Source of the DNA: Saccostrea echinata
Lineage: Eukaryota
Length of the DNA: 64,000 bases
Direction: 5' to 3'
Assembly: GCF_033153115.1 (NCBI RefSeq)
Contig: NW_026889751.1
Span: 27,652,001 to 27,716,000, forward strand
Shown: piece by piece, positions 1 to 11,900 of the stretch
Position numbering within the stretch: position 1 is the first letter of the stretch
Layout of the letters: every line of letters starts with the position of its first letter
The notes under the pieces: model-generated
What the model saw: only the letters and a program-made list of their open reading frames with translations
Databases searched by the model: none
Told to the model about the DNA's origin: nothing
Made by a program: the position numbers and the translations under genes

Positions 1-223
1 ATGGCGGGGCATAAAAATTATATTTCAAGTATTATTCACGAATAAATCATGAACAATCATTTCCACAGGAAATACAAGCTATAGCTAAATGTATATTGCA
101 AATACATGTAAATCATTGAGAATTTGCTTTGCTAGTTCACAATGTATCTCATCTCATCGACTAGATATTAGTATCCCCCAACAAGCCTTTAGTATCCTCT
201 GCTTTATGAAACATTCTGCTGAC

Positions 224-3200
224 CTTGAAAATGGAATCAAAAAAGCTGTCTTCTTCCTTCTCGTCATCTGTCCACTTCGTGGACTTCTTCTTACTGGACT
301 GAAATCCTTCAAAAATGTAGTCATTTTTAAAAACTAATTTTCCCATTTAAACAATATTTTTAAAATATCCTGTTAATTTGATGCACCACATTTTGGGTAA
401 TGTCTGTGGCTGTTCAGTTTTTGCAGAGTATTTGGCTTCAAGCAAAATTGTAAAAAATTAGAATTGCTAGATATGCTACCCCTATATCATGTATATCCTT
501 GGTAATGCATACAAATTGGAATTGCAAAACTGTAAATGCAGAAGTATATACATTATATATCACTTCTGAAGGAGCAAATTGCACAAAAATAATAGAAGTT
601 ATATCAAACACAAAAATTTGTATAATTGTCTCATAAAGTATCATATACAGAAGAGAAAATTAACATTTATAAAAAAACTGATCTAATAAAATTATTTACA
701 GGTACTTTTTTGTTTTTCATGTTAGTTGTTAGTGCATAAAGTACCTTTATTCCTTGTTATACATTGCAACTAGCATGTTACTTTATGCCAAATGCCAATG
801 CAGTACTAAATGGAATAATAAAGTATTTTCTGTATTTTATATCTTAATATAAGATTCCTTTTTTTTCTTCAGTAACTTCAAGTTGTAACTACCAAAGCAG
901 ATATAAAAGGTATTCAAACTTACGTCTCTCGAATACAAAGTCTGCAAAAACATCATAAAATAATCGCCCGAAAAACCACAACTGAAAGAAAGCATATTGA
1001 TTGATAAAACTAGAAAGTCTGGTGACATTGCTAGTCACTGCTAGAATTAACAAGTAATTTGTGATTCATAGTAAACTACACAAAAATAACTAACTAAAAT
1101 CCCCCCCCCAACATTTACAAATTTTAATTTCACCTGTTTAGAAATCTAGATTTCTTTTTAACAAATAAGCAATGAGTTCTTACTATTGATTCTTCATCAT
1201 CATCACATGGTAAATTATCGTAATAATCATCATCATCTTCAAAATATTGCTCATCATAATCATCATAAAAGTCTTCATCATCACTGTCCATGTAATGGAT
1301 GTTTCCACAGCTTGAACACATGTGGATTTTCCTCCTTTTGTCTTCTGTACAAAAAGAACATCTTATACAATGTAATGTAATGGATTCAAGATCATAGGGA
1401 ATTTCAAGATGAGAAAATTATGGCATGCTTGAATAGCTCACACTAATACTTATCGGTGTTAAGAGTTTTGATAAAAATATCTTAATATTTGACTAAATAC
1501 TGAATTAAACACACAAGAGGAATAGTGAGGTCAAGATCACAGCAAAGGTCAAGGTCAGAAAATAATAACACAGATGGTCAAGGTCAGAAAATAATAACAC
1601 AGATGAATAGCTTTCATTAATTGTATCTTTGTAAGAAGTTTGAGTTAAATATCAAAAGTATCATAAGTGAAATGCAAAATAAGGAATAACAGGGCCAAGG
1701 TCATAGGAAATTAAGGTCAGAAAAATATGACACAGCTAAATAGCTCCTACCAGTATGCATCAGTGAAAATCTAATCTAAGAAATCTAATAAAAAATGTCC
1801 TAAATAATTGCTTCGAAACTGTGCTAAGCACAAAATAGGTTATAGTAAGGTCAGGGTCACAGGGAAGGTCATGGTAAAAAAAAAATAATGACACAGTTGT
1901 AATGTTCTCACCAATATGTATCCAAGTATGTGTTTTTATAAAAATATCTTGAATAGTGACTTTGAAATTGAGCTAAACACAAAATACGGAAAAGTGAGGT
2001 CAAGGTCACAAGGAAGGTCAAGGTAAAAAAAAAAATGCCACAGTTGAATAGCTCTCCCCAATATGTATAAGTGTAAGAATTTTGGTTCACATATCTTGAA
2101 TAGCTTTTCTTTTTTGAAAGTGAGCTAAATGCAGTGTGATGGATGGACAGATGAAAGAACAGAAGGATTGAAGACAGAGATGACAAACACTATATGCCCC
2201 GGCCATATTTAAGGCAGGGCATAAAAATATCTAAATTGTTTTCAACGCTTAAATGGTTAATGATTACAGAATAAATATTGAACTTTGATCCAAAAGGATC
2301 CCAGAAACTAATACTGTAAAATCACATACTTTCGTAGAGTCACATTTTTGAGGTTTATAAAACTACAAATATGTCCATAGGACATGAATGCCCCGCCGAG
2401 TAGTAATGCAACATTTTAACACAAATTGAGAAAAGTGAGGTCAAGGTCAAAGGAAAGGTCAAGGTCAAAAAAATAGTGATGCGGTGGAATAGCTCTCATC
2501 AGTATGTATCAGCATATGAAGTTTGACACTATTTCAAGAAAAGTGAGGTCAAGGTCAAAGGAAAGGTCAAGGTCAAAACTGTTAATGCAGTTGAATAGCT
2601 CTCATCAGTATGTATCAACATATGAAGTTTGATTACACTATCTTGAATGGTATCTTTAAAACTGTGCTAAACACTAATTTTAAAAAAAAAAAGTGAGGTC
2701 AAGGTCAAAAGAAAGGTCAAGGTCAAAAAATGTTGATGCAGTTGAATAGCTCTCATCAATATCTATCAACATATAAAGTTTGATTGTACTATCTTGAATG
2801 GTATCTTTAAAACTGAGCTAAACACTAATTTAAGAAAAGTGAGGTCAAGGTCAAAGGAAAGGTCAAGGTCAAAAAATGTTGATGCAGTTGAATAGCTTAC
2901 ATCAGTATGTATCAACATATGAAGTTTGATTACACTATCTTGAATGGTATCTTTAAAACTGAGCTAAACACTAATTTAAGAAAAGTTAGGTCAAGGTCAA
3001 AGGAAAGGTCAACGTCCAAAAATGTTGATGCAGTTGCATAATTCTCATCAATAACTATCAGCATAGGAAGTTTAACAAATATATCTTGGATAGTTTCCTT
3101 GAAATTGAGCTTTGAACAGAGCTAAACGCAAAGTGTGACGGAAGGACAGAAGGACGGAAGACGGACATGACAAACACTATATGCCCCGGCCATATTCATG

Positions 3201-6200
3201 GCGGGGCATAAAAATGATTTGTGGGGATTTGATTTCAGGGTTGGAAAAGTATTGAGCAATAATGCATATGAAATTTTACATTTCATGGTGAACATGAATT
3301 TGTGCGTCTTTCCGTACCTCGAAAACAATCTTATGAAAATTAAAACCCCCACAAAAATTAGTGATTTCACAGTAGGTGTTTTCCTCTTCTCTCCACCAGA
3401 AAATATGGGTCTATAGTTCAACAGTTACTAACGTTATCATGTCACATAAAGAGATGACAAAATGGACAGATAAATGGGCACAATGATTACTATTAGTCCC
3501 TTGAAATTTTGAAATTTGATGTACAAAACTAACAATGTGAATATAAAAGTCTTTTCTGTGATCATTTCCATGAAAACACCCCCCCCCCCCCCTTTCCCCC
3601 CAAAAATTTGTTTATGACTGCATTCTTGGTCTTACTGGTCTTAAGTTTTGTAACTAGAACTGTCCAAAAGGGACAAATACCCCCCGCTGGGTTTTTTAGA
3701 GAAGGTGCCAAATTACTAATATTTTATGGATCTAAGTGGTTATATTCACAATTTTCTTATAAACATTTAGAGTAAAAATATAATTGCTCATTATATTTTT
3801 TAAATGAATGAAACTAAGGTGCAACCTAATAAAATAACAACACTAATACATTGTAATTACTTTGTTTTTTAATACATTGCAACTATCTTTCATCTTTGTG
3901 GGAGATGACACTGAAATTGATTGTTGAAAAAAAAACAACATACATGTATTATACGAAATCAAATTAATCTTGATAACTTTATATCAAATTTATTTTAAAA
4001 ATAAAAGGCTGGTCAGTGCTTTGACAGACAATAAATTACAATTAAGAGAATTAGAGAACAGAAATCTTTAATTCTTTTGCCAAATTCCCAGGAGATATAG
4101 ATAACACCTGCTTGATCAGAGATGCCCTAACAACTTCCCACACTGAACTCATTAATTAATCTTTAACTGGATCCATGTCCACTCATTACTCCCAAGGGAC
4201 AAATGGATTTACACTATCTGCTGTGTAATGTAAAAATTGTTTTTAATATCTGGTGATGTTTTTTTTTTTTTAGTTTTAATGAGTAGTTTTAAGATGTAGT
4301 TCACATTTTTGTACACTTCAGATGTTCTAGATTCTATGTCTCAAACCTTAGACATTTATAAACCCATAATGACTAAGTCAATAGAAATGAAAAAAAAAAA
4401 AATCTGTAAAATGCAGAAAAATTATCGAATAATGTTGAAAATACCAGGTGTACATCTTCATATGGTAAATAATGAGTGTACAAATTTTCATACAAATCTA
4501 TGCAATAGCCTCTGAGAACAGGTTCGGACAAAACCACACAATAAAAATGAAAAAAAACACCTGTAAAATGCAGAAAAATTATCCAATCATGATGAAAAAA
4601 CCAGGTGCACACCTTCATATGGTGAATAATAAGTGTACAAATTTTCAGACAAATCCTTGCAATAGTTTCCGAGAAACAGACTGGACAAAATCTTGTCTAC
4701 AGACAGACGGACGGACAGACAGACGGACATGGTGATTCCAATATACCCCCCCTAAACTTCGTTTGCGGGGGGTATAATAAGAAGCCTTACTTGCATATTT
4801 TGTTGTGAGTAGATAGTAACTTTCACTGATTTCTTGAAAAACTTTTGTGGCATATGCATTGTCAGGATTCTGGAATTCAAATTAATAATTCAATTGCATG
4901 AACAGGTAAACAACTGAATGAATGTTAAAAAAAAAGAACATTTAAACTGCATTAACCCTACATTCAAAGTTTAGCTTTTACAGGGTAATTTGCATCAAAA
5001 GCATTACAGTTTTTCTCAGTTTGTTACTTTTTTTGCTCAATACAAATAAAATAAACTGTATATATGGTGAGAAAGACTTATTTTAATTCTTTGCTAAAGA
5101 TACTGCATTGCATTTAAATGATATTTATTTATTTGTCACTACTCCACAGAGGGCAGTCCACCATGTTTTAGACCATTAAGGATACACAACAAAGCAAAAC
5201 TAGAAGTAGAAAGCATAGCAATGGGAACTAAAAAGGATGTTTTAAAAAGATACCTTATCTGGATGATGCCTCAGTGCTAAATTTTTATATGCTCTTTTAA
5301 TTTCATCTACAAACGAAAAAAGTTTTACATTAAGTATAACAAAATGCAAATTAATCTACATGCAGGAATAGCAAACTTTGGTATATCCATAATTTGCTAT
5401 ACATAAAATTACAGGAAAGGTTTATTGCTCTACTTGGTAACAAAATACAGTAAACGTTGTTATACTGAACGGTTCAGAAATTGACAATTTCAATATTGCA
5501 GAAATATGGTGGTGAAAACTTCGACGTTTTGATAGTATTTAACAGTATTCTTTAACAAGAATATTAAAGTTGATGAGAGGAAACTTTGAAGATTTTTAGT
5601 CATTCCACACATCATCACTGTTTCCATGTTGCCAAAGCTTCCACTTTTACATTGTGTATGTCTTTACCAAGACAATAAATTTCATTTCTAGTCGCCTGTA
5701 TTCAACTGCTGACCTTGCCTTTCATGTTGATGTAAGAATCTCTAAATTTGCTAACGACCCATTGGCCAATATATATGATTTTGATTATGATACGAACTGA
5801 TGTTCTGGTATGTCAGTCATGCACTTTTATGAATTAATCATTTAAAAAAAGCCTTTACACAGACCTGTACCCTTTTTTAGGTGATCTTAATTATAGCTAA
5901 TGGATTTCTTTTCTTTTTTTAAAATGCTTTTTAGCATGAATTCAGAGAAGTTTGCAATTTCACTTGTATGTGCAAGCAATGCTAAATAGGTATTACTGTG
6001 AACAGTACAAAGTATATATACTACATCTACACCTCAAAATAACCTTGACCTTTGACTTCCGAGTGTGTACAATGCTTTCTTTCTACATGCATTCATGAAA
6101 TATGACCTAGTGTTTAGACAAAATACAAATTCATTTCGTCATTAAAAACATCAAAATATTGAAAATTCTTTTTTTTTTGGAAAGTAACATAACTCCTCGG

Positions 6201-6377
6201 CGACTTCGTTTTCGAAACTTTTGACTTAACTACCACCCAGGAAAGCAAGGATAATGTTGTGAATAAAACGCATTCAAATAAGCAACAGTTTCTGTGCATG
6301 CATATACCCTCAGTTGCATTTTCTTCCAACCCTAATGACTCTAAACATTTTAGCCGTTCTTTATTTTTTAGCGCCAT
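224..6377 (-). CDS. J-domain (DnaJ/Hsp40 family) protein, multi-exon, 3' end outside the window
   Basis: Phase-compatible GT-AG exons 6308-6377, 5254-5306, 4791-4869 and the exon starting at 1344 translate to MALKNKERLKCLESLGLEENATEDEIKRAYKNLALRHHPDKNPDNAYATKVFQEISESYYLL (canonical J domain with HPD motif), then a CxxC motif and an acidic D/E/Y tract. Further probable exons at ~923-981 and ~224-298; these junctions are less certain. Confidence 0.8.
1370..2226 (+). mobile_element. Helentron/HINE-like non-autonomous element (AGGTCA-repeat family), degenerate
   Basis: ~150-bp internal repeats with gtcaaggtca, then a gacag-type microsatellite and the terminal hairpin-like 'caaacactatatgccccggcc...ggcataaaa', shared with the copies ending at 17, 3214 and 15191. 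Confidence 0.6.
2361..3214 (+). mobile_element. Helentron/HINE-like element (AGGTCA-repeat family)
   Basis: 5' end 'tgtccataggacatgaatgccccgcc', ~5 tandem repeats (mostly ~150 bp), 'gacggaaggacagaagg' microsatellite, 3' end 'atgccccggccatattcatggcggggcataaaaa'. Inserted inside a tactgtaaa...tttcacagta MITE (2312-3374). Confidence 0.7.
3651..4780 (+). mobile_element. Helentron/HINE-like element (second family)
   Basis: 5' 'actagaactgtccaaaagggacaaatacccccc', two ~160-bp internal repeats (4380-4690), (gaca/ggac)n tract and 3' hairpin 'atacccccccctaaacttcgtttgcggggggtat'. Confidence 0.65.
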
Positions 6378-6575
6378 ATTATCCTCAGCAGCGTGTTTAA
6401 TCGGAGCATACTAGATCTTTTCGATCAAAGAGATTAGAAAAGTCCAAGAAGTTCCGATCGTTGAAAGCGACATCTATCACATGCAAAGATAACTCTAGCA
6501 TTCCCTATTGCACAACTTCCGTTTCCGAAACGAAAGTAGGCAGACGTGACCAATTCGCATGATCTTTGAGAAAGG
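6378..6575. promoter_or_regulatory. Putative bidirectional promoter, DnaJ gene / archaemetzincin gene
   Basis: Divergent genes. The segment is CpG-richer and carries tandem ETS-like motifs acttccgtttccg (6515-6527). Probable AMZ 5'UTR exon donor at ~6575 (aag|gtgaat). Confidence 0.5.
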
Positions 6576-6858
6576 TGAATTAATTTTAACCTGTTTTGAT
6601 ACTAAATGATTCAGTGACAATGTACATACATTTTATGTGAAAATTCATGTTTATGACTTGGATTTATATAGATATTTTGATACTGAGAAATATGATTTCT
6701 CTCATTTCTCGGGGTCATAAAAAATTGTAGATATTATACTACAGGGTTCTTGACATTATTTATAATGTATGAGGATTGGGATCTATTTATGTTTCAATAT
6801 TGATGATGGACACTGATCAAACATCCGAGAATAGGTCTTGTACTTTGTATTTACAGAG

Positions 6859-7995
6859 ATGTCAAAGATAAATGAAAAGACCAAAGTTTCATCAAAGCGT
6901 TTTCTTCCATATGCCAGAGGATTTACACCACCTACCAAGAGAATTCAGCTTTCAGCTATTGGAAATGATAAAAACCTTCCAGAGTTTTCCCCAGGTAGTG
7001 ACACTGATAATTTCTTCTCAACAGTGCCACAACCTACAGACATCGATGACTGGTTGGCCCAATATTGTGAGGAGGGCCAAACCTATAAGGAATTCTGTGA
7101 GGAGTGTCCATGGCTATCCTCAAGAAAGTGGGCATACATGAAACAAGCATTCAAACCAAAGGGGAAAAATATCCTAGAGAAATACCCTGCAGGTAAAATC
7201 TTTTTACTTCCCCTTGGGGAGTTTAACAGCGACCACTGTGTGGATTTTGATCAGCTTCAAGAATTTTCACAGATATACCTTGGGATTGATGTTGTCTCTC
7301 TGCCTGGAGTCAAACTTGAGATTAAAGACAGATCTGTTTCTTGGATCGAGGACAATCAATCTGAGGCATCCTCCCGAGCTCAAAGAATTAGCAGCAGAGT
7401 AAAAAAGCACACACTGAATGCCCGATTTAACACTAAACCAAAACACTACCAGATATGTGTAGATGAGGTTTTATTAAAGCTGAAACAGAGGATCCCAGAT
7501 GATGCATTGTGCATGATTGCCTTGACAATGTCTGATCTCTATGGTGATGATAGAGACCTCTTTGTGGCAGGGATGGCAGCAGGGAAGCACAGAGTGGCTA
7601 TTTTTAGCTTTGCTAGATATGATCCAACCTTGACCTTCGATATTGGAGACTGGTATGGAATACAACAGAATTTAAAAGGAATCGATACCGAGGAGCGAAA
7701 AAAGATCATATTACAAAGAAGCTGCAAGCTTTTAGTGCATGAAATTGGTCATCTGCTGGGAATTGACCACTGCATTTTCTACGACTGCTGTATGAATGGC
7801 TCTGGACATTTACAGGAAGACTTCCGTCAGCCCATTCATCTGTGTCCAGTTGACCTCCATAAACTTCAGACATTGGTAGGGTTTGATGTCACAGAGAGAT
7901 ATAAAAAGTTATTGGGATTTTACCAAAAACATGACATGCATAGCGAGGCTGAGTGGGTCAAAGCAAGGCTTGAGTACTTATCTGCCTTCAAGTGA
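6859..7995 (+). CDS. AMZ2: Archaemetzincin-2-like zinc metalloprotease (peptidase M54)
   Basis: Motif HEIGHLLGIDHC-x4-C-x-M...LCP; DWLAQ..E.GQT N-terminal motif. Splice acceptor ttacag at 6856 precedes the ATG at 6859. Coding region uninterrupted (378 aa). Confidence 0.9.
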   Translation: MSKINEKTKVSSKRFLPYARGFTPPTKRIQLSAIGNDKNLPEFSPGSDTDNFFSTVPQPTDIDDWLAQYCEEGQTYKEFCEECPWLSSRKWAYMKQAFKPKGKNILEKYPAGKIFLLPLGEFNSDHCVDFDQLQEFSQIYLGIDVVSLPGVKLEIKDRSVSWIEDNQSEASSRAQRISSRVKKHTLNARFNTKPKHYQICVDEVLLKLKQRIPDDALCMIALTMSDLYGDDRDLFVAGMAAGKHRVAIFSFARYDPTLTFDIGDWYGIQQNLKGIDTEERKKIILQRSCKLLVHEIGHLLGIDHCIFYDCCMNGSGHLQEDFRQPIHLCPVDLHKLQTLVGFDVTERYKKLLGFYQKHDMHSEAEWVKARLEYLSAFK

Positions 7996-8182
7996 GAGCT
8001 GGGCATTTTGTAATAAGTTATCTACATTGCACAATTTATATAAAAATCCACTATTTTGATTCTCATATTCATATATATATATATATATATAAATTATGCA
8101 GATGAAGTAATGAGATACTGTAAAATTACTATTTTTTGTGGGGGTTCAATTTATGATCTCAACAAAACGCAATTTTTAAATA

Positions 8183-8337
8183 CAGTTAAACCTCATTATC
8201 TCAAAACTTCGAGATATCCAAGGGTTAGAGATAATAAGGGTAAAATACTTAAAGAAAAAGTGTTTGGGACTTCCAAATCACTTCGACGTATCCAAAGTAT
8301 TCGAGATATCCATGTTCGAGACACTGGAGTTCAACTG
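8183..8337. mobile_element. Tc1/mariner-pogo type MITE
   Basis: TA|cagttaaac...ttcaactg|TA termini; homologous to the copy at 17792-17968. Nested within a tactgtaaaat... MITE (~8116-8433). Confidence 0.6.
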
Positions 8338-8919
8338 TATCAGTCTTCAACCATGAAATCAAATTCTCTTGAACCCCCCTTTTTTTGCTTCAACCACAAA
8401 AATTTGACCCCATGAAATTAGTGATTTTACAATATACTAGAATCATCCTCAATTTTTATTTTTACATAAACTGTGATACGTACATTCTTTTTATCAGGGA
8501 CATGTGTGATCTTTTTATCTACCTCAGTATTACTCTCATGATCAATTTGGTGTTATTTGTAAAATTTAATAATATATCAAATATTTTTTTTTTTTTTTAC
8601 ATTTATTAATAAATGTATACTTTTCATAGCTGAAAATAATGAAGAGAACTGGAATGGTTGACTGGAATAAATTGATTAAAGGAGACAACTAAACTCAACT
8701 GGTTTTTATTCAGGCATGTCAAAACTTGCACAAGATGTTCACAATGTATACATTTTCAACTAAATATATATGAAACATATTTAAAAAAAACAAGTTATGA
8801 CACATGAATCACATAACTTTGTGTCTATTTGGGAGTTATTTCCCTTTATTAATAGGGAGTTATTTCCCCTATCACTAGGGAGTTATCTCCCTTATCACAG
8901 TGCTTTTGGGGGATCTGTA

Positions 8920-11900
8920 TCACTCCTCCTCCTCCTCCAGACCTGGTCCACTGTCCAAAGGTCCTGCATCAGAGTCCTTGTCCAGAAGGGACATGTCTCG
9001 ATCACGCTCCTACAATAGAATACCAAATACATAATATGGTCCGAGTTTGGTGGTTAAAATCATCCACATTTTTCACTCTACAAAGCAGAGGTATATTGGA
9101 TCTACTTAGTAGTGGAGATGAATAAGTATACTTGATTGTTCTACAGAAATACTTAAGATAACAATTCATAATTGAAAAGAATAAGTTGCTATACAATTGC
9201 TCGTTTTTTTAAATAAGATTTTAAAAAGGTTCAATGAAAAATGTACTTATATTCTTGCATTACAAAAAGTTGTGCCGAGTATATTACATGTATATGAATG
9301 AAATTTTGAATAAGCATCCAAAATTTGCATGTGCATAAAGTTTGCACAGTTTAAAATAAATGCAATGTGTGGTGTCTGGAATTAAAAGTGAAAAGTGCAC
9401 ATGTATGATAAAGATTGTAAGTGGAATGTCACACACAACAGTAGGGGTGATTCTGGCACTTCAAACAGTGTAGGGGGTGGGTAGAGAAACATTAAATATT
9501 AATTGCTATAATTGTATGTATGTGATAATGTCACATGCATTTCTTACTGTTAACTTAAATATGACAATATTATCAAGAAAATTATCATATACAATAATAT
9601 ATAAATTAAAAAATTAATACAAACTTCAAACATAAGTACTATTCTGATGTCACAGATTTGAATTAAGTTATATTCCCCACCTGATCCGATTGATTTAATT
9701 TTGTCAGTTTTGTTTTGTACTCAAGCTGAAATATAATTATGCAGTATATGGTGCATCTTGGTTTTTAAATCAAGAGAAAACATGCAAAACAATGTAAGGG
9801 AGGGGGTGGGGTGTTGATTACGCAGAGAGATGCAAACACACACAGTTAGCCTTCATACCTCTACAACCTTCATGTTCTGTAAGCAACATAACATCACAAA
9901 TTACTCTACAGGAGTTAGTAAACAATAACATTTATTGTAAAACAGATACATGTACTGTAAACATGGAAATGATTGAATGGGGAAAATTCTGCAGTGAGTA
10001 AAGTTTTGCAACATTTATCACCGCATGATCGGTTTTGAAAAGATCGAGGTATAATACTAAACAAAATACCATCAATTTTGTGAATTCTTTATGTTCTGCA
10101 AAAATAACCCAGACACAATTGTTTTGTAATACTGAAATTTGCAAAATTTTACCCTGTAAAAATATCCATGTTTATAGTACTAAACAGGGATTTTGAAGTT
10201 TTTGTTATATTAATATACTTTGGTTTTTGATAAGGTATTATTTTTTTTTCTACAAATTCGAACCAATACGAAAATAATTGCATGATAATTTATAACAGAT
10301 ATTTATATACCTGAAAGAAAAAAACTTTCGAAATTTGTCATTAATTAATGTTTTGGTCAGTGTTTCAATTGTACGCAATGATGCTAACAAATGTGACAAA
10401 ATATTTAAGTTAATTAAAATCTTAAAAAGTGCAGAGTATTAAATTTTTCTCTCATCATTAAGAGTGTACCACAAATTAAATTAAAACTCTTTTAAGGGAT
10501 AATTTTCATTTATTTATCCATTAAGTTCCATATATATAAACCTACAAAAAGTTCAATATTTACACTATCAACGTCTTTGAAAATGTTTGAAATGTGACTA
10601 CACAATAATTCATAATTATCAGGTGACTACGCAATAATTCAGAATTTTCAAGTGACTACACAATAATTCATATCATGTGACTACACAATAATTCATATCA
10701 TGTGACTGTGCGATATAATTAATGTCTGTAAAACTCTTATATATACTTTGTTTAGTTTCCTCAGTAAAATGGGATCTTTGTCGTCCTGTTAAAGCAAGTC
10801 ACAGAAAACCATTGAGACATTTATCTTTACTTAAAAGCATTCAATTCTATAGAGTCCTATTTCCACAAACACAGACGCTTGTTAGTTAATTCAGACAGCT
10901 ATTCTAATGCATATCATACACCCCCCCCCCCAAAAAAATTTTAAAAAATCAGTATTTTGATAATTTCTAAGTTATCAAAATAATTAATTTACAACTCGAT
11001 AAAACTCCTAACCTTTACAATGGAATGTCATATCAAATAAAAGCTTTTTGATGTTGTTTTTCTACAATAATGATTTGGACATGACCTGCTATTTTTTTAA
11101 TTTAATTAGATTCCTCTAATGTTAACATTATCTGATTGTTCTCACCCTTATGGCCATGATTCGTTCGCTGAGTATCTTAATGTCCAGGGGATTCTTGGTC
11201 ATCATTAATTCCCGAGTAATATTACTGATCTCTCGGTTTGTCTTGATCCTCTTCCTCTCAATTTCAACAATGTCCTTATGGGTCTGATCACAAATCCTAC
11301 AAAACAATCAATTTATATCTCAAATAATTCAGCATGCAGTAATATTAATAAGGTCAAATATATTTCTCAAATAGCAAATCATCAATGATCAAAATAAAAA
11401 TATCAAAGTAGTGATATTTTTTTATATAAATTAAACTCAAAAATTAGATTTTCACAAGACGTACAGAGAGAAAGTGTCATAGAGAGTGATTTGATAAATT
11501 GCTTGTTTAAATGCTGGAACTACTGACTTTTCGTATTCTTTCTTTAGAGCCTCAGACATGGCTTTGCGAGTCTCTATCAGCTGTTTGTATGTGGGACCTG
11601 GAGGAGTGTCCAAGTTAAGGCAATAATTGTTCCAACTAAAGCATTCCAATATTTAAATTTTATATTACCGTTTATCACCCTGAAAACCTTAAAGATAATT
11701 TAAATTTCGGTAAAAAAAAAAACATAAGCTAATTGAGTGTCACAGAAATAGCGAAATTCATATTACAAATATTACATGTACTTGTCAATTATTTTCTCTA
11801 TAGATATTCTAAATTTTGCAATTTGATCATCATATGCAGCATGCTCAAATTGTTGGCATACTGATTTAAAGCATTTATATTGGCTTATATTTAACCAATG

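Noticed and set aside
8800-8925. Three gggagttatttccc repeats next to the FAM227B stop codon (NF-kB-like sites, or a TE-donated stop)
   Set aside because: They resemble common HINE internal motifs; too short to establish either function or TE origin from this window.
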